Positions 1-8,569 are shown, counted from the first letter of the stretch. The stretch is 29,120 bases of DNA from a virus (IMGVR_UViG_3300027653_000043:1-29120), one strand, 5' to 3'. The notes: a model not told the origin generated them from the letters alone. Program-made: numbers and translations.

Positions 1-44
1 TCGGCGAATGGCTCTAGGTCCTCTGGGCTGATGAACTGCCCCAT
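1..44 (-). CDS. Probable head-to-tail adaptor, 5' fragment (runs off window)
   Basis: AGGAGG RBS, then ATG at 44 giving MGQFISPEDLEPFA...; lies two genes after the major capsid gene. Confidence 0.55.
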   Translation of the reverse strand, partial: MGQFISPEDLEPFA

Positions 45-59
45 CCTCACCGCCTCCTG

Positions 60-215
60 TTACTTCTCGGCAGGCTTGGCCGGGGCCTTGCGCCGCCTCG
101 TGGGCTTTGCAGGTTCCGGCTTGTCCAGCGGCTCATACTCGGCCCCGAGCCGGGCCGCCGTGGCGTTATCGACGTTCACGACGGACCCGGTTCGGGTGTT
201 GCGAAGGCGAGGCAT
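60..215 (-). CDS. Small basic protein following major capsid (51 aa)
   Basis: MPRLRNTRTGSVVNVDNATAARLGAEYEP..., ATG 1 nt after the capsid stop. Small genes like this commonly follow actinophage capsid genes. Confidence 0.7.
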   Translation of the reverse strand: MPRLRNTRTGSVVNVDNATAARLGAEYEPLDKPEPAKPTRRRKAPAKPAEK

Positions 216-216
216 T

Positions 217-1146
217 TCAGCCCTCCACATCGCTTCCGGTCTCCACCACGGCGAACCGGTTGACGAAGACGTACCAGCCGAACACAATTTCCAGCCGCAG
301 CGCGATCTGGTTCTTGCGCTTCAGGTCGCCCTGACCATCCGGGTCACCGAAGCGGATCAGCTCAACCGGCAGGTTGCGCTGCACACCCCAACGGATGCCG
401 TTGGTGAAGTCACCAACGATGGCGCGAATGCCGGTATCGTCAGCCTCCGGGGTGCCCGAAACGGTGTCACCCTGGGCGATAGGCACGCCCATGAAGTTCG
501 ACACGTCCGTGCCGAACCCAAGCTGCGGGTATCGCTGCTGACTGGTCTCGCCAGCACCGTCCCGGCTCATCAGTTCCGACAGCGCCCAGGAGAACTTCGG
601 ATCGAATGCGGCACCGTTCACCGAAACGGTCGGAGAGTCGTTCACCAGCAGACCTACGGCGGAGCGGAAGTCAGCGTCAGCCTCACCACCGCCGAGCTCC
701 ACACGCTTAGTGGTGGCAGTGACGTAGTTGTCCCACCCGTTGATCACATTCCCGGTCAGGGGGTTGATCCGGTGCAGCAGCCCCAGGTCCAAGGCGCGAG
801 ACAGCGCGGTGCTACCAGCGCCACTCAGGGAGTTGAGGATGCCCAGCTGGTAGTCCTCATCAGCCCACTGCACTTCCTGGTTGAAGCGCATGGTGACCTG
901 AGCCTTGTGGGGCTTGGCGGTGACCGACCCGAACCCGCCGGAAGTGGATGCCTTGTCGGCGCCCTCCTCCACGAACTCGGCCTTGGGGAAGTCGTTAAAG
1001 GTGATGTAGTCCACCTCACCGAACCGCTGCGGCTCCTGGTTGGAGAGCCGGGCGACGGTGGAGGTGCTGCGGGACGCCTCGATCATGCCGTCGGCGATGT
1101 TCCGAGGCAGGAGAACTTGGGCGTCAGAAGTGCCAAAGACGGCCAT
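217..1146 (-). CDS. Major capsid protein (HK97 fold), 309 aa
   Basis: Start MAVFGTSDAQVLLP after GGAAGGA RBS; motifs AEFVEEG, AIVGDF, GDPDGQGDLKRKNQIALRLE; follows scaffold. Confidence 0.95.
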   Translation of the reverse strand: MAVFGTSDAQVLLPRNIADGMIEASRSTSTVARLSNQEPQRFGEVDYITFNDFPKAEFVEEGADKASTSGGFGSVTAKPHKAQVTMRFNQEVQWADEDYQLGILNSLSGAGSTALSRALDLGLLHRINPLTGNVINGWDNYVTATTKRVELGGGEADADFRSAVGLLVNDSPTVSVNGAAFDPKFSWALSELMSRDGAGETSQQRYPQLGFGTDVSNFMGVPIAQGDTVSGTPEADDTGIRAIVGDFTNGIRWGVQRNLPVELIRFGDPDGQGDLKRKNQIALRLEIVFGWYVFVNRFAVVETGSDVEG

Positions 1147-1165
1147 GACGGTGTTCCTTCCTGGT

Positions 1166-1663
1166 TTATGCCCCGAACAGCGAGCGCACGGTCTCGCGCT
1201 CGTCGCCGTTCTGGGGCTTGTCGGGGGTGCGTCCCTGGTAGGGGGCGCGGTTGCCTTGCTTGTTGCGGTCAGAGTCACGCTCAGCCAGGCGCTTGGCCTG
1301 CCTGGTCAGCGACTCTTCGTCGTCGCCGGTGAGGAACAGTGATGCGTCGTCGTCAGAGATGCTGAACTTGGCCTGCACTCGGGACCGCAGCGCGTCGTGT
1401 TTCGACTGCTTCAGTTCCTTCTCCAGGCTGCTGATCCGCTCGTTGGCCTTGTCCGCCTCGGTCTTGTCGCCCTGCTCGATCTCATCGAGCCGGGCCGCCT
1501 TGGCTTTCAGGTCGTCGTAGTCGGAAAACTGAGCCTTGGCCCTGGAGACCCGCTCACCGATGATGGCGTTCAGGTCTTCCTGGGAAGTGATCGGCTTGAA
1601 CCCATCGCCGCCACCCTTGCCGGTGTCGTCATTAGGCTGCTCGTTCTGCTGCTCTTCAGGCAT
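1166..1663 (-). CDS. Capsid scaffolding protein (DUF4355-like) from internal start, 165 aa
   Basis: AGGAGG 9 nt upstream of ATG (MPEEQQNEQ); FKPITSQEDLNAIIGERV...DYDDLKAKA motif and coiled coil typical of these scaffolds. Confidence 0.85.
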   Translation of the reverse strand: MPEEQQNEQPNDDTGKGGGDGFKPITSQEDLNAIIGERVSRAKAQFSDYDDLKAKAARLDEIEQGDKTEADKANERISSLEKELKQSKHDALRSRVQAKFSISDDDASLFLTGDDEESLTRQAKRLAERDSDRNKQGNRAPYQGRTPDKPQNGDERETVRSLFGA

Positions 1664-2125
1664 GCTCTTATTCCTCCTGGGCACCGCCTGTTGACCGCCA
1701 GGCGTCGGCGTACCCCCGCTTGAGCGAGGAAGATTTTGGTTATGGATTCGCCACCACTTGTCGATGGCCGATGGCGTCCACGGCGGCCTGCCGTCACGCT
1801 CTGCACGGGCTTTCGCCTCGTCGGCGGACACGTCCAACAGGACGACGTCGGCGCCGATCTGCTCAGCGAGCGACACGCGCTCGGGACCTGGTGCGCACCG
1901 GATGATCCAGGCGTCACGATCAGGGGGCAAATCAGCCAGCCGACGCTGCATCTCCGCCTCAGCTGCTTTCTGGATGCCTCTCGGGTGATCCCAGGGGTCG
2001 GGCGAACCGAGATCGCGGGCGATCTGGTCATAGTCAAGGACCACGTCACCCGGGCGCGCACGCTCGCGGACGTAGGTGGACTTACCAGACACGGGCGGGC
2101 CTGCCACTAGCACCCTGCGAGGCAT
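1166..2125 (-). CDS. P-loop NTPase domain fused in frame to capsid scaffolding protein (319 aa)
   Basis: Walker A GPPVSGKST at N-terminus; ATG overlaps upstream stop (TGATG); no stop before the scaffold portion. Confidence 0.8.
   Translation of the reverse strand: MPRRVLVAGPPVSGKSTYVRERARPGDVVLDYDQIARDLGSPDPWDHPRGIQKAAEAEMQRRLADLPPDRDAWIIRCAPGPERVSLAEQIGADVVLLDVSADEAKARAERDGRPPWTPSAIDKWWRIHNQNLPRSSGGTPTPGGQQAVPRRNKSMPEEQQNEQPNDDTGKGGGDGFKPITSQEDLNAIIGERVSRAKAQFSDYDDLKAKAARLDEIEQGDKTEADKANERISSLEKELKQSKHDALRSRVQAKFSISDDDASLFLTGDDEESLTRQAKRLAERDSDRNKQGNRAPYQGRTPDKPQNGDERETVRSLFGA
1664..1731 (-). promoter_or_regulatory. Structured leader (two hairpins, possible pseudoknot) and RBS of scaffold/capsid genes
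   Basis: Minus-strand stems CCTCGC/GCGGGG and CGCCTG-GCGGTCAA-CAGGCG directly before AGGAGG. Confidence 0.4.
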
Positions 2126-2847
2126 CAGTTATCCATGTCTGCGACGAACTCGCGGACCCGGGACCGGTGGGCATCCAGTTGGCGCTGCGCCTCCTGGCTG
2201 CCCTCGGCAGCACGGTCACGCAGGTCTTGGATGCGCACCGAAGCCTGGTACTGCTCCACCCCAACCTCGGGGGCGTCAGGGTCCCAGGACGGCACTGCCG
2301 CACAGTTGCAGTCATCGTGAGAGGCGAACGTCGCGGTCTCGCGCTTGTACACCCCGCCACGGCCGGCCAGCATCCGACAGAACTTGCAGCTATTGGGTTG
2401 GGTCACACGCTGCCACCCCGCTGCTGCCGGGTCAGCCAACGCGCTGTCACGGATGGTCAGCCGGCCAGGTTGGGCCACATAGCCCTGCACGGCCGAATCC
2501 AGGAACACCAACGTCTGCTCAGGGTTCGGCGTGAACAGGTGGCCCGCGCCGTAGCGAACCCTCTGCTGCACACGGTCCGCGCTGGCCGGTGAGGCTAGCT
2601 GCGCCCGGTATCGGCCAGTCGCTCCAGCGGCCGCTCGCTGGTCGTCATACCAGTCAGCAGCCACCGTTGCCGCAGCGTCCCCGTAGGTTCTGGTCAGCTC
2701 CGGGACGAACCCCAACAGAGCGTCCCTGGCTGCCCCTGGGCGGTTCAGATCCAGGGTGCCCCAGAATGCCCGTAGGTCCCGTTCCACGAGCCGCTGCACG
2801 CCCCGCTGGGCCTGCCGCAACTGCTGGGCATCGGCAGGGGTGACCAT
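2125..2847 (-). CDS. MuF-like / head morphogenesis protein
   Basis: Between portal and scaffold; CKFCRMLAGRG and HDDCNC motifs. Confidence 0.8.
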   Translation of the reverse strand: MVTPADAQQLRQAQRGVQRLVERDLRAFWGTLDLNRPGAARDALLGFVPELTRTYGDAAATVAADWYDDQRAAAGATGRYRAQLASPASADRVQQRVRYGAGHLFTPNPEQTLVFLDSAVQGYVAQPGRLTIRDSALADPAAAGWQRVTQPNSCKFCRMLAGRGGVYKRETATFASHDDCNCAAVPSWDPDAPEVGVEQYQASVRIQDLRDRAAEGSQEAQRQLDAHRSRVREFVADMDN

Positions 2848-2853
2848 GCCGGA

Positions 2854-4434
2854 CTAGTCCTCACTCGACTCAGACCGGATCGTCACCGGCATAAAACCGG
2901 GACGCATCACGATCTGGTCAATGGTGATCTGCCCCGCGGCGAACTGGGCGGCCGACTCAGAGGTCGCACCAGAGCGGACCATCGCACCGAACGCAGTAGC
3001 CCTCTCATTCAAGGACGGCTCTTCTTCCGCCGGCACCTCACCACCGTCACCCTGGCTGAGGTTCCGCAGCAGGGCCCTGCTCTCAGTGCGCCGGAAGTCT
3101 GCCAGCGCCCGGTCAATCTGCTGCTCACTCAAGCCCAGCAGCTCCAATCCAACCTCGGTCTCAGCGAGACGGGGGACGGCCGCCAGCTGCTTCTGGCCTG
3201 CGTCAGCCATTGCTGCACGGGTCTGGTAGCGCGGGTCCCTCCACTTCGGAGTGATCGAGGCCCACTCGGGCGGCACCTCGCTCAGGCCGTTCTGCATCGC
3301 CAGAGCCATCGGGACGATCCGCTGCAACGCCGGGTCAAACTCATCCACGGCGCCCTCAGCCTCAGCGATCAGCTCATACTGGGAAGCGTCATAAGACTCA
3401 CCCGAGGTTGGGTTAGCGAAGTCGGTGATCGCCACCGCCGAATCCGGCAGCCCAGTCTCCCGAGCAAACAGCTTGCTATAGGCGTTGATCGCAGCCAAGT
3501 GGGGTTCTGGGGAGGACGCGTCGAACTTCTTCACATCAGCCCTGGCCAGGGCCGGGTCGTCCTCGTGCTGATCGTCCGGGATGCCCTTCATCCGCCCCAG
3601 GAGCCGCTGCATCTCCGACATCGTCGTGCCGTCAGCATTCTTGAACACGTCGATGCCCGCGCCGAGCAGCCAGAACTCCGGGTAGGCGTAAACGTCCATG
3701 TGGCCCTCAAGGCGAACCAGGGCCCGTGTGGCCGCCCCCTGGATGCCAAGCACCGGCCGGGTAAGGCGAGTACGCCCCAGTGGCTTGTTCAACCTGGGCC
3801 GGTACACCAGCGGCGCGGCGGGCACCCCGAACGGGTGATGGGCGTCATCCTCAACTTCCCACTTGCCCCCATCGCGGCTCGCAGTGACAGTGCGGCCATC
3901 CAGGTACAACGTCAGCGCTGAAGGGCTACCATCCTCGTCCCGCTCGTTGACCGCCAGCAGGTTCTCTAGACGCCGTGTGCGAGAGTTCCTGACCCCGGTC
4001 GCATTGGAGGCCGAGTAGTAGTGCACCAGCCCACCAGGCTCGCCCGGCTCGCCCTGGGCAGCCACCACAAAAGCCAGACCGTGGATCAACGCGGAAGTGA
4101 TGCCCTGATCAGTCTCCGCGCCCAAACGGTTGCCGTCCCACAACTCCCGATAACCCAGTGAGTCAAGATCCCCATCGGGCCACACCATGCCATCAAGGTT
4201 GCAGCGGCGAGCCAGAGCGTCCACGGCCTTCGCCGACCAGCCCAGGACTAGCCCGAGGCGGTAGTACTGCTCAGGGACCACCCCGCCGAACGTGCGGCTG
4301 AGGTTCCTCTCAGCGTCGTAGGACGCGTCCAGCTTCACATTCTTGGCAGCCAGATCATCCAGGCGGGCATTGAGCCCGTTCAGCAGGTCGTTCGTGTCGT
4401 CGCCCAACTCGGGGATGCGGATCGTCTCAGTCAC
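2854..4434 (-). CDS. Portal protein (SPP1 gp6-like)
   Basis: 526 aa directly after terL (GTGA overlap); LGWSAKAVDAL, GRTRLTRPV, NPTSGES, PKWRDP motifs. Confidence 0.93.
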   Translation of the reverse strand: MTETIRIPELGDDTNDLLNGLNARLDDLAAKNVKLDASYDAERNLSRTFGGVVPEQYYRLGLVLGWSAKAVDALARRCNLDGMVWPDGDLDSLGYRELWDGNRLGAETDQGITSALIHGLAFVVAAQGEPGEPGGLVHYYSASNATGVRNSRTRRLENLLAVNERDEDGSPSALTLYLDGRTVTASRDGGKWEVEDDAHHPFGVPAAPLVYRPRLNKPLGRTRLTRPVLGIQGAATRALVRLEGHMDVYAYPEFWLLGAGIDVFKNADGTTMSEMQRLLGRMKGIPDDQHEDDPALARADVKKFDASSPEPHLAAINAYSKLFARETGLPDSAVAITDFANPTSGESYDASQYELIAEAEGAVDEFDPALQRIVPMALAMQNGLSEVPPEWASITPKWRDPRYQTRAAMADAGQKQLAAVPRLAETEVGLELLGLSEQQIDRALADFRRTESRALLRNLSQGDGGEVPAEEEPSLNERATAFGAMVRSGATSESAAQFAAGQITIDQIVMRPGFMPVTIRSESSED

Positions 4435-5978
4435 ATCACCACCCCCACCCTGCCGCTTGAAGTTGTCCTGTTACCACTACTCGTTCGACCCTCGCCACCC
4501 CGGCGTTTACTTGTCATCGCTGCGTGGCGGGCCAATGTCACCGCATCCAGTGCTGTCACGTCGCCGTCCGGGGTCACTGCCTGCCAGCCCCACCCGCCGG
4601 CGTTCCCGATCTTGCGCTTACCGGCCACCCGGACCTGAGCATCAAGGCCCGGCTGAGCGAGGTGAGTAACGTCGGCCTCCTGGATCGCCCGCAGCATCCC
4701 CGCATGAGCCGTGATCGCCTCATCCGTTGACACAACATGCAACCGCCGGCGAGAAACCCCAGCGGCCACCAACTGCTGCACCAGGTCACCAGTGCCCGCC
4801 TTGCCATCCAGAAAGATCTTCGACGCCTTACGCCACCGCTCCGACAGCCAAGACACCAGGCCAGCAGTCCCCTCAGCCATGCTCACCACGCCGAAGGACT
4901 CCACATGCACCGGACCCTCATCCGGCCGCAAAGCCACAGCGCACGAAACACGCTCACCATCAGCAGAGAACTTCACCGCGAAGACCAAGGTGCCGTCGGT
5001 CGGGGCAGATGTTGGCGGGATTTCGCAGTTAACCCAGTGCCGCTCGCCCACGACCTGCCACAACTTCACTCCGTGGTCATCCCAGATCCCGTAACCCTCG
5101 CGCCAGAAATCTTCAGACCCCAGCTGCTCCCACATGCGCTCGACTGCATCAGCGTCTACACGGTGCGGATAAGATGGATTCGCCTTGGCGACCTGGCTCC
5201 AATCCAAGACGTCCGGGGCAATGGTGCGATCCGCGCTCAGTTCGATATACAGCGCGTTGTACCTAGGCTCGTCGCCACTAGCCCGCTGCGCCTCCACATC
5301 TAGGGCCTTCTTGCGACGGGAAACGAAAACCTCACCACGATCCTCTGGGCGCGGCGGCGTGCCGACGTAGAACACCAGCGGGTTATCCCCAGCGTTCGTG
5401 GTCGGCACCATGTCGGTTATCGCCCGCTGCGTGAGCCGCTGAGCCTCATCGAACACCAACAGGGATACCTTGGAGAAGCCCAGCCCGAAGCCGTGCTCGC
5501 GGGCGCCGAACAGGATGCGCGAACCGTTACGGAACTCAATGCCCTCATCACCATTACCGGTTACCACCTTCAGGACGTGGGGCGCCACCTTCGAGCGGTT
5601 CGCCATCGCCTGCATCGCCCGGAATGTCTCATTGATCGTCTTGCCGTGATGGGCGGTCCAGAGAGCAAGCATCCCTGGTCGCAGCAGACACAAGGCGATG
5701 ACGATAGCGCCGATGAGGTAGGTCTTGCCGACCTGCCGGGGCCAAGAAAGATGCACCCCGCCGATGCCAGCAGCGAATCGCCCATTCTGTCGCTGAGACA
5801 AAATCAGCCGGCCAGCACCATCCTGCCAACGATCAAACGCCAGCCCGAGGTCCACACACTGATCGCGTACTGCATTCCAGTACGTCTTGACGATCCCGGT
5901 CGGCGCGACCAGATGTCTAGCTACTTCAGATAGCCGATTCGTCCCATGCCTCTGCCTCGGTGGCGTGACGGTTGTCAT
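4431..5978 (-). CDS. terL: Terminase large subunit
   Basis: Walker A PRQVGKT, Walker B LVFDEAQ, GTPP motif III, ANPS; AAGGAGG RBS before ATG 5978. Confidence 0.96.
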   Translation of the reverse strand: MTTVTPPRQRHGTNRLSEVARHLVAPTGIVKTYWNAVRDQCVDLGLAFDRWQDGAGRLILSQRQNGRFAAGIGGVHLSWPRQVGKTYLIGAIVIALCLLRPGMLALWTAHHGKTINETFRAMQAMANRSKVAPHVLKVVTGNGDEGIEFRNGSRILFGAREHGFGLGFSKVSLLVFDEAQRLTQRAITDMVPTTNAGDNPLVFYVGTPPRPEDRGEVFVSRRKKALDVEAQRASGDEPRYNALYIELSADRTIAPDVLDWSQVAKANPSYPHRVDADAVERMWEQLGSEDFWREGYGIWDDHGVKLWQVVGERHWVNCEIPPTSAPTDGTLVFAVKFSADGERVSCAVALRPDEGPVHVESFGVVSMAEGTAGLVSWLSERWRKASKIFLDGKAGTGDLVQQLVAAGVSRRRLHVVSTDEAITAHAGMLRAIQEADVTHLAQPGLDAQVRVAGKRKIGNAGGWGWQAVTPDGDVTALDAVTLARHAAMTSKRRGGEGRTSSGNRTTSSGRVGVVM

Positions 5979-6225
5979 CGGCCTCCTTCTTGGCAGCAAC
6001 CTCTACAGCGTCAATCTCTCGCCCGATCTCCAACTGACGACGCGACAGTGCCGCCATGTCACGAGGCGGACAGTTCGGATCGTCCAGCGCCTTGGCCAGA
6101 CGGCGGCGCATCGCCACCAGCTCAGCTAGTCGATCCCCAGCCTCCGCAGCTTCGAGGATCGTCACCCGCTTCTGTTTCTCCGGCTTATCGCCAGGCTTCA
6201 CCACGCTAAGGCTGCTGCGAGACAC
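5926..6225 (-). CDS. terS: Terminase small subunit (99 aa)
   Basis: AAGGAGG RBS with GTG start; helical ...ALDDPNCPPRDMAALSRR motif; overlaps terL start. Confidence 0.85.
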   Translation of the reverse strand: MSRSSLSVVKPGDKPEKQKRVTILEAAEAGDRLAELVAMRRRLAKALDDPNCPPRDMAALSRRQLEIGREIDAVEVAAKKEADDNRHATEAEAWDESAI

Positions 6226-6279
6226 GGGAACCACCTCCTTGGGCAGGCGGCAGGGGCAAGGGCGCCTTTGGTCAGTTCT

Positions 6280-6406
6280 ATGGAAAAAAGCGCTAGGGAG
6301 AGAGTTCGCTATGCCCGGGGTACGGGCCGGGCGTCGGGGGGCGGTGGAAGTCCCCACCCTTGACCTTTACTTTACTTGCGGCCTCCGTCTTGACCCTTCC
6401 TTGACC
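6280..6406. other. Candidate cos/packaging initiation region
   Basis: Non-coding gap between HNH and terS; three CTTGACC repeats (6359, 6389, 6400); G-rich then C-rich tracts flanking ACCCCGGGCAT (minus, 6311-6321). Confidence 0.5.
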
Positions 6407-6407
6407 T

Positions 6408-6719
6408 CTACCAGGCTCGGGAGGTCGGGAACTGGTCTGCGGCCGGCACTGGCACTGGTTCTTTGGCGTTCCGCCCTAGGTTGCACCCACGACAGATGAC
6501 CCTCAGGTTGTCGGCGTCGTCGGTGCCGCCGAACCGGTATTCGAGGATGTGGTCTGTCTCGGCACTGTTCGACTGTCTCGGCGTGTCGTAGTCCAGCTCC
6601 ACACCGCATGGTCGATCGTTCACACCTGGGCAGTGTGTGAGTCCGTCGCGCTGGGCTCGGCGCTTGGCGTTGGCGCTGTTGCGCAAATACTTCGCCGTTC
6701 CCGTCCGTGATGTGGCCAT
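6408..6719 (-). CDS. Terminase-associated HNH endonuclease
   Basis: ETDHI...GGTDDADNLRVICRGCN motif; immediately upstream of terS, as in cos phages. Confidence 0.9.
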   Translation of the reverse strand: MATSRTGTAKYLRNSANAKRRAQRDGLTHCPGVNDRPCGVELDYDTPRQSNSAETDHILEYRFGGTDDADNLRVICRGCNLGRNAKEPVPVPAADQFPTSRAW

Positions 6720-7084
6720 TGTTCGTATCCTTGGGGGAAGGCTGCCCTTGGCCCGGTCGGACGACGTGCCGCACGCTCACCCTGTACGGGTCGGGTGAGG
6801 TGGGTCGGGTGAAGGAGTCGGGGGTGGGTAATGAGCGGGTGCCCCTGGTGGGGGTGTCGGCTCAGGTGGAGTCGGGGTCGGCCCTGGAGAAGCGGGTCAC
6901 GGCTACCCGGCTGGTTGCCATGGGTGGGGTCGGGGGTCTTCTATTTAAGAAGAAGTCCGGGGGTGAGTCGTGGTTGACGGTTGAGGGCCCGGAGTCTTTC
7001 TGGACTGTCGAGGTGCCGCGTGGCGAAGAGGCTAAGGCTCGGGAGTTCGCCGCCAAGGTGAACGAGGCTGCTAAGGCTGCCTAA
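6707..7084 (+). CDS. Opposite-strand accessory (moron-like) protein; start uncertain, possibly 5'-truncated
   Basis: Protein-like 3' part (VESGSALEKRVTATRL...LLFKKKSGGESWLTVEGPESFWTVEV...AREFAAKVN); no clear RBS or start upstream of the LTLYG strand. Confidence 0.6.
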   Translation: MMWPLFVSLGEGCPWPGRTTCRTLTLYGSGEVGRVKESGVGNERVPLVGVSAQVESGSALEKRVTATRLVAMGGVGGLLFKKKSGGESWLTVEGPESFWTVEVPRGEEAKAREFAAKVNEAAKAA

Positions 7085-7138
7085 CCGGGAACTGTGCTCG
7101 ACCGGGGGTGGGGTGGCACTTGGCGATACTGCACCACC

Positions 7139-7167
7139 ATCTGATGAACCAACTTACAGCATGTCAA
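7139..7167 (-). promoter_or_regulatory. Candidate late promoter
   Basis: Perfect TTGACA (7167-7162) overlapping the HTH gene stop; only a weak -10 (TCAGAT) at 17 nt; points toward packaging genes. Confidence 0.4.
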
Positions 7168-7352
7168 GCACCGATTGGCTCATGTAGTCGTCGGCGCGTC
7201 GCTTCGGCGCTCACGTCGTCCCAGTGGTAGCGCAGTGTGAGGCCGTGGCCTTGGCGACGCCAGCGGCGGCGGTGGGCGAGGACATGGACGTTGGCCACGG
7301 TGGTGCGCAGCCAGGCAGCGGCTTCGTCGGGGCGGAGCCAGATCATCCTCAT
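7164..7352 (-). CDS. Small HTH DNA-binding protein (MerR/excisionase-like), 62 aa
   Basis: WLRPDEAAAWLRTTVANVHVLAHR...RYHWDDV; ATGA-coupled to the upstream gene. Confidence 0.8.
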   Translation of the reverse strand: MRMIWLRPDEAAAWLRTTVANVHVLAHRRRWRRQGHGLTLRYHWDDVSAEATRRRLHEPIGA

Positions 7353-7981
7353 GCTCCCAATCCTTCCATTCGATCCCGTTGCGCAATAGTTCCGCGCCGC
7401 AGTCCCCTGGCCCATTCCCATGGGCTCATCCGGTGGGTGGAGTCCTCGCTGCACACCATGTCTTGGATGTCCCGGTCGGGGATCAGCATGGTGTGGTACT
7501 CACCGGGGCAGGGCACCCGGGCGCCTTGGTCGTCGGTGGCATGTTCGAGGCAAGCCACGTGCAGCGGGATCTTGCGCACGCCGGAGGGGTTGGCGGTCTT
7601 GCGCACAAGGTGGGCGTAGTGGTCGGCGTCATCGGTGATGGCTTGGGCGAGCATTTCGTCTGGGTGGTCGGTGAAGTGGCCGATGCGCCAGGTGGCGATG
7701 TGGCGTAGCAGGCCGGGGGTGGAGATGTCTGGTGGTGGTTGCCAGTTCGACTCATCCATCAGGCAGCGTGTTAGAAACATCAGCCAGTCCTCGACTTCGC
7801 CTTTGACGGTGGAGACGTGGGCGTCGATGGGCAGCGCCGACCCTGGTTTGACTTTGCCGCCACCTTCGGTCCGCTGCCCCTGTTTGGCGAGGCGGGTGAG
7901 CAGGGCGGGCCAGTGGTCGGCGATGTCGCGTAGGTCGCGGGCGACGGTGAGGTGTGCGGGCTCTTGGCGGGCGTCGGTCAC
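7349..7981 (-). CDS. Cys/His-containing protein, putative late transcription regulator component
   Basis: GGAGGA RBS with GTG; C...CPG...C.....H cluster; last large gene of the early operon before HNH/terminase. Confidence 0.7.
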   Translation of the reverse strand: MTDARQEPAHLTVARDLRDIADHWPALLTRLAKQGQRTEGGGKVKPGSALPIDAHVSTVKGEVEDWLMFLTRCLMDESNWQPPPDISTPGLLRHIATWRIGHFTDHPDEMLAQAITDDADHYAHLVRKTANPSGVRKIPLHVACLEHATDDQGARVPCPGEYHTMLIPDRDIQDMVCSEDSTHRMSPWEWARGLRRGTIAQRDRMEGLGA

Positions 7982-8000
7982 TTTGTCCTCCAACATTGAA

Positions 8001-8315
8001 TCATCGCTGTGTGCCTTTCTGGCGGGATGAACTGGGCCTGTGTGGTTCCATCCCCGTGTCAGCGCCCCCAGGCCGGGAGATCGGCTCCTGTGAGCTCTCA
8101 GCGGCATGTTTGGCCTCGCAAGACCGAGCGAGGCTGGGTGTGAGCACCAGGTCCAGCTCGCCGATGCGGCTGGTGTGCACGCTGACGAACTCCTTGATGT
8201 GCCCACACACGCTGCACCGGTGGGCGTAGGTTTCGTAGTCAGGGATGGACTGGTCGGTGTGGAGTTTCCAGGTCCGGTTATGGATGCCGATAAGGCATAG
8301 GGGTCGTCGGTTCAC
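8001..8315 (-). CDS. Hypothetical Zn-binding protein
   Basis: GGAGG RBS, GTGA overlap; LCLIGIH...RCSVCGH. Confidence 0.7.
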   Translation of the reverse strand: MNRRPLCLIGIHNRTWKLHTDQSIPDYETYAHRCSVCGHIKEFVSVHTSRIGELDLVLTPSLARSCEAKHAAESSQEPISRPGGADTGMEPHRPSSSRQKGTQR

Positions 8316-8569
8316 GGCGCCTCCTCGTGTGTCATCTCGTGCAGCTCCGCATCGGTGGTATCCAGCTCGACCACGACGGTGCGTCCGGTGATTTCGAGGG
8401 GTACTTCTGCGCCGCAGTCCTCGCACGTCCAGGTGCCGGCGGTGGTCGGTTCGGGCAGCTCCCCGCCGTTGGCCCTCCGGTCGCTGAGCCAGTCGATGCC
8501 CCGGAGCACGGCCCACATGATGGCTAGTAGCGCCGTGATGGATGCGGCGAGGGCGGCGGCGTCGGTCAT
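8312..8569 (-). CDS. Membrane-anchored Zn-ribbon protein
   Basis: N-terminal hydrophobic helix; WTCEDCG...HEMTH; ATGA overlap. Confidence 0.75.
   Translation of the reverse strand: MTDAAALAASITALLAIMWAVLRGIDWLSDRRANGGELPEPTTAGTWTCEDCGAEVPLEITGRTVVVELDTTDAELHEMTHEEAP

Noticed and set aside
31-1332. 433 aa plus-strand ORF
   Set aside because: Antisense shadow of the capsid gene; long stop-free reverse frames are expected at this GC; no motifs.
5926-5978. 53-nt terS/terL overlap as a frameshift signal
   Set aside because: terL has its own AAGGAGG RBS and no slippery sequence is evident; an ordinary overlap.
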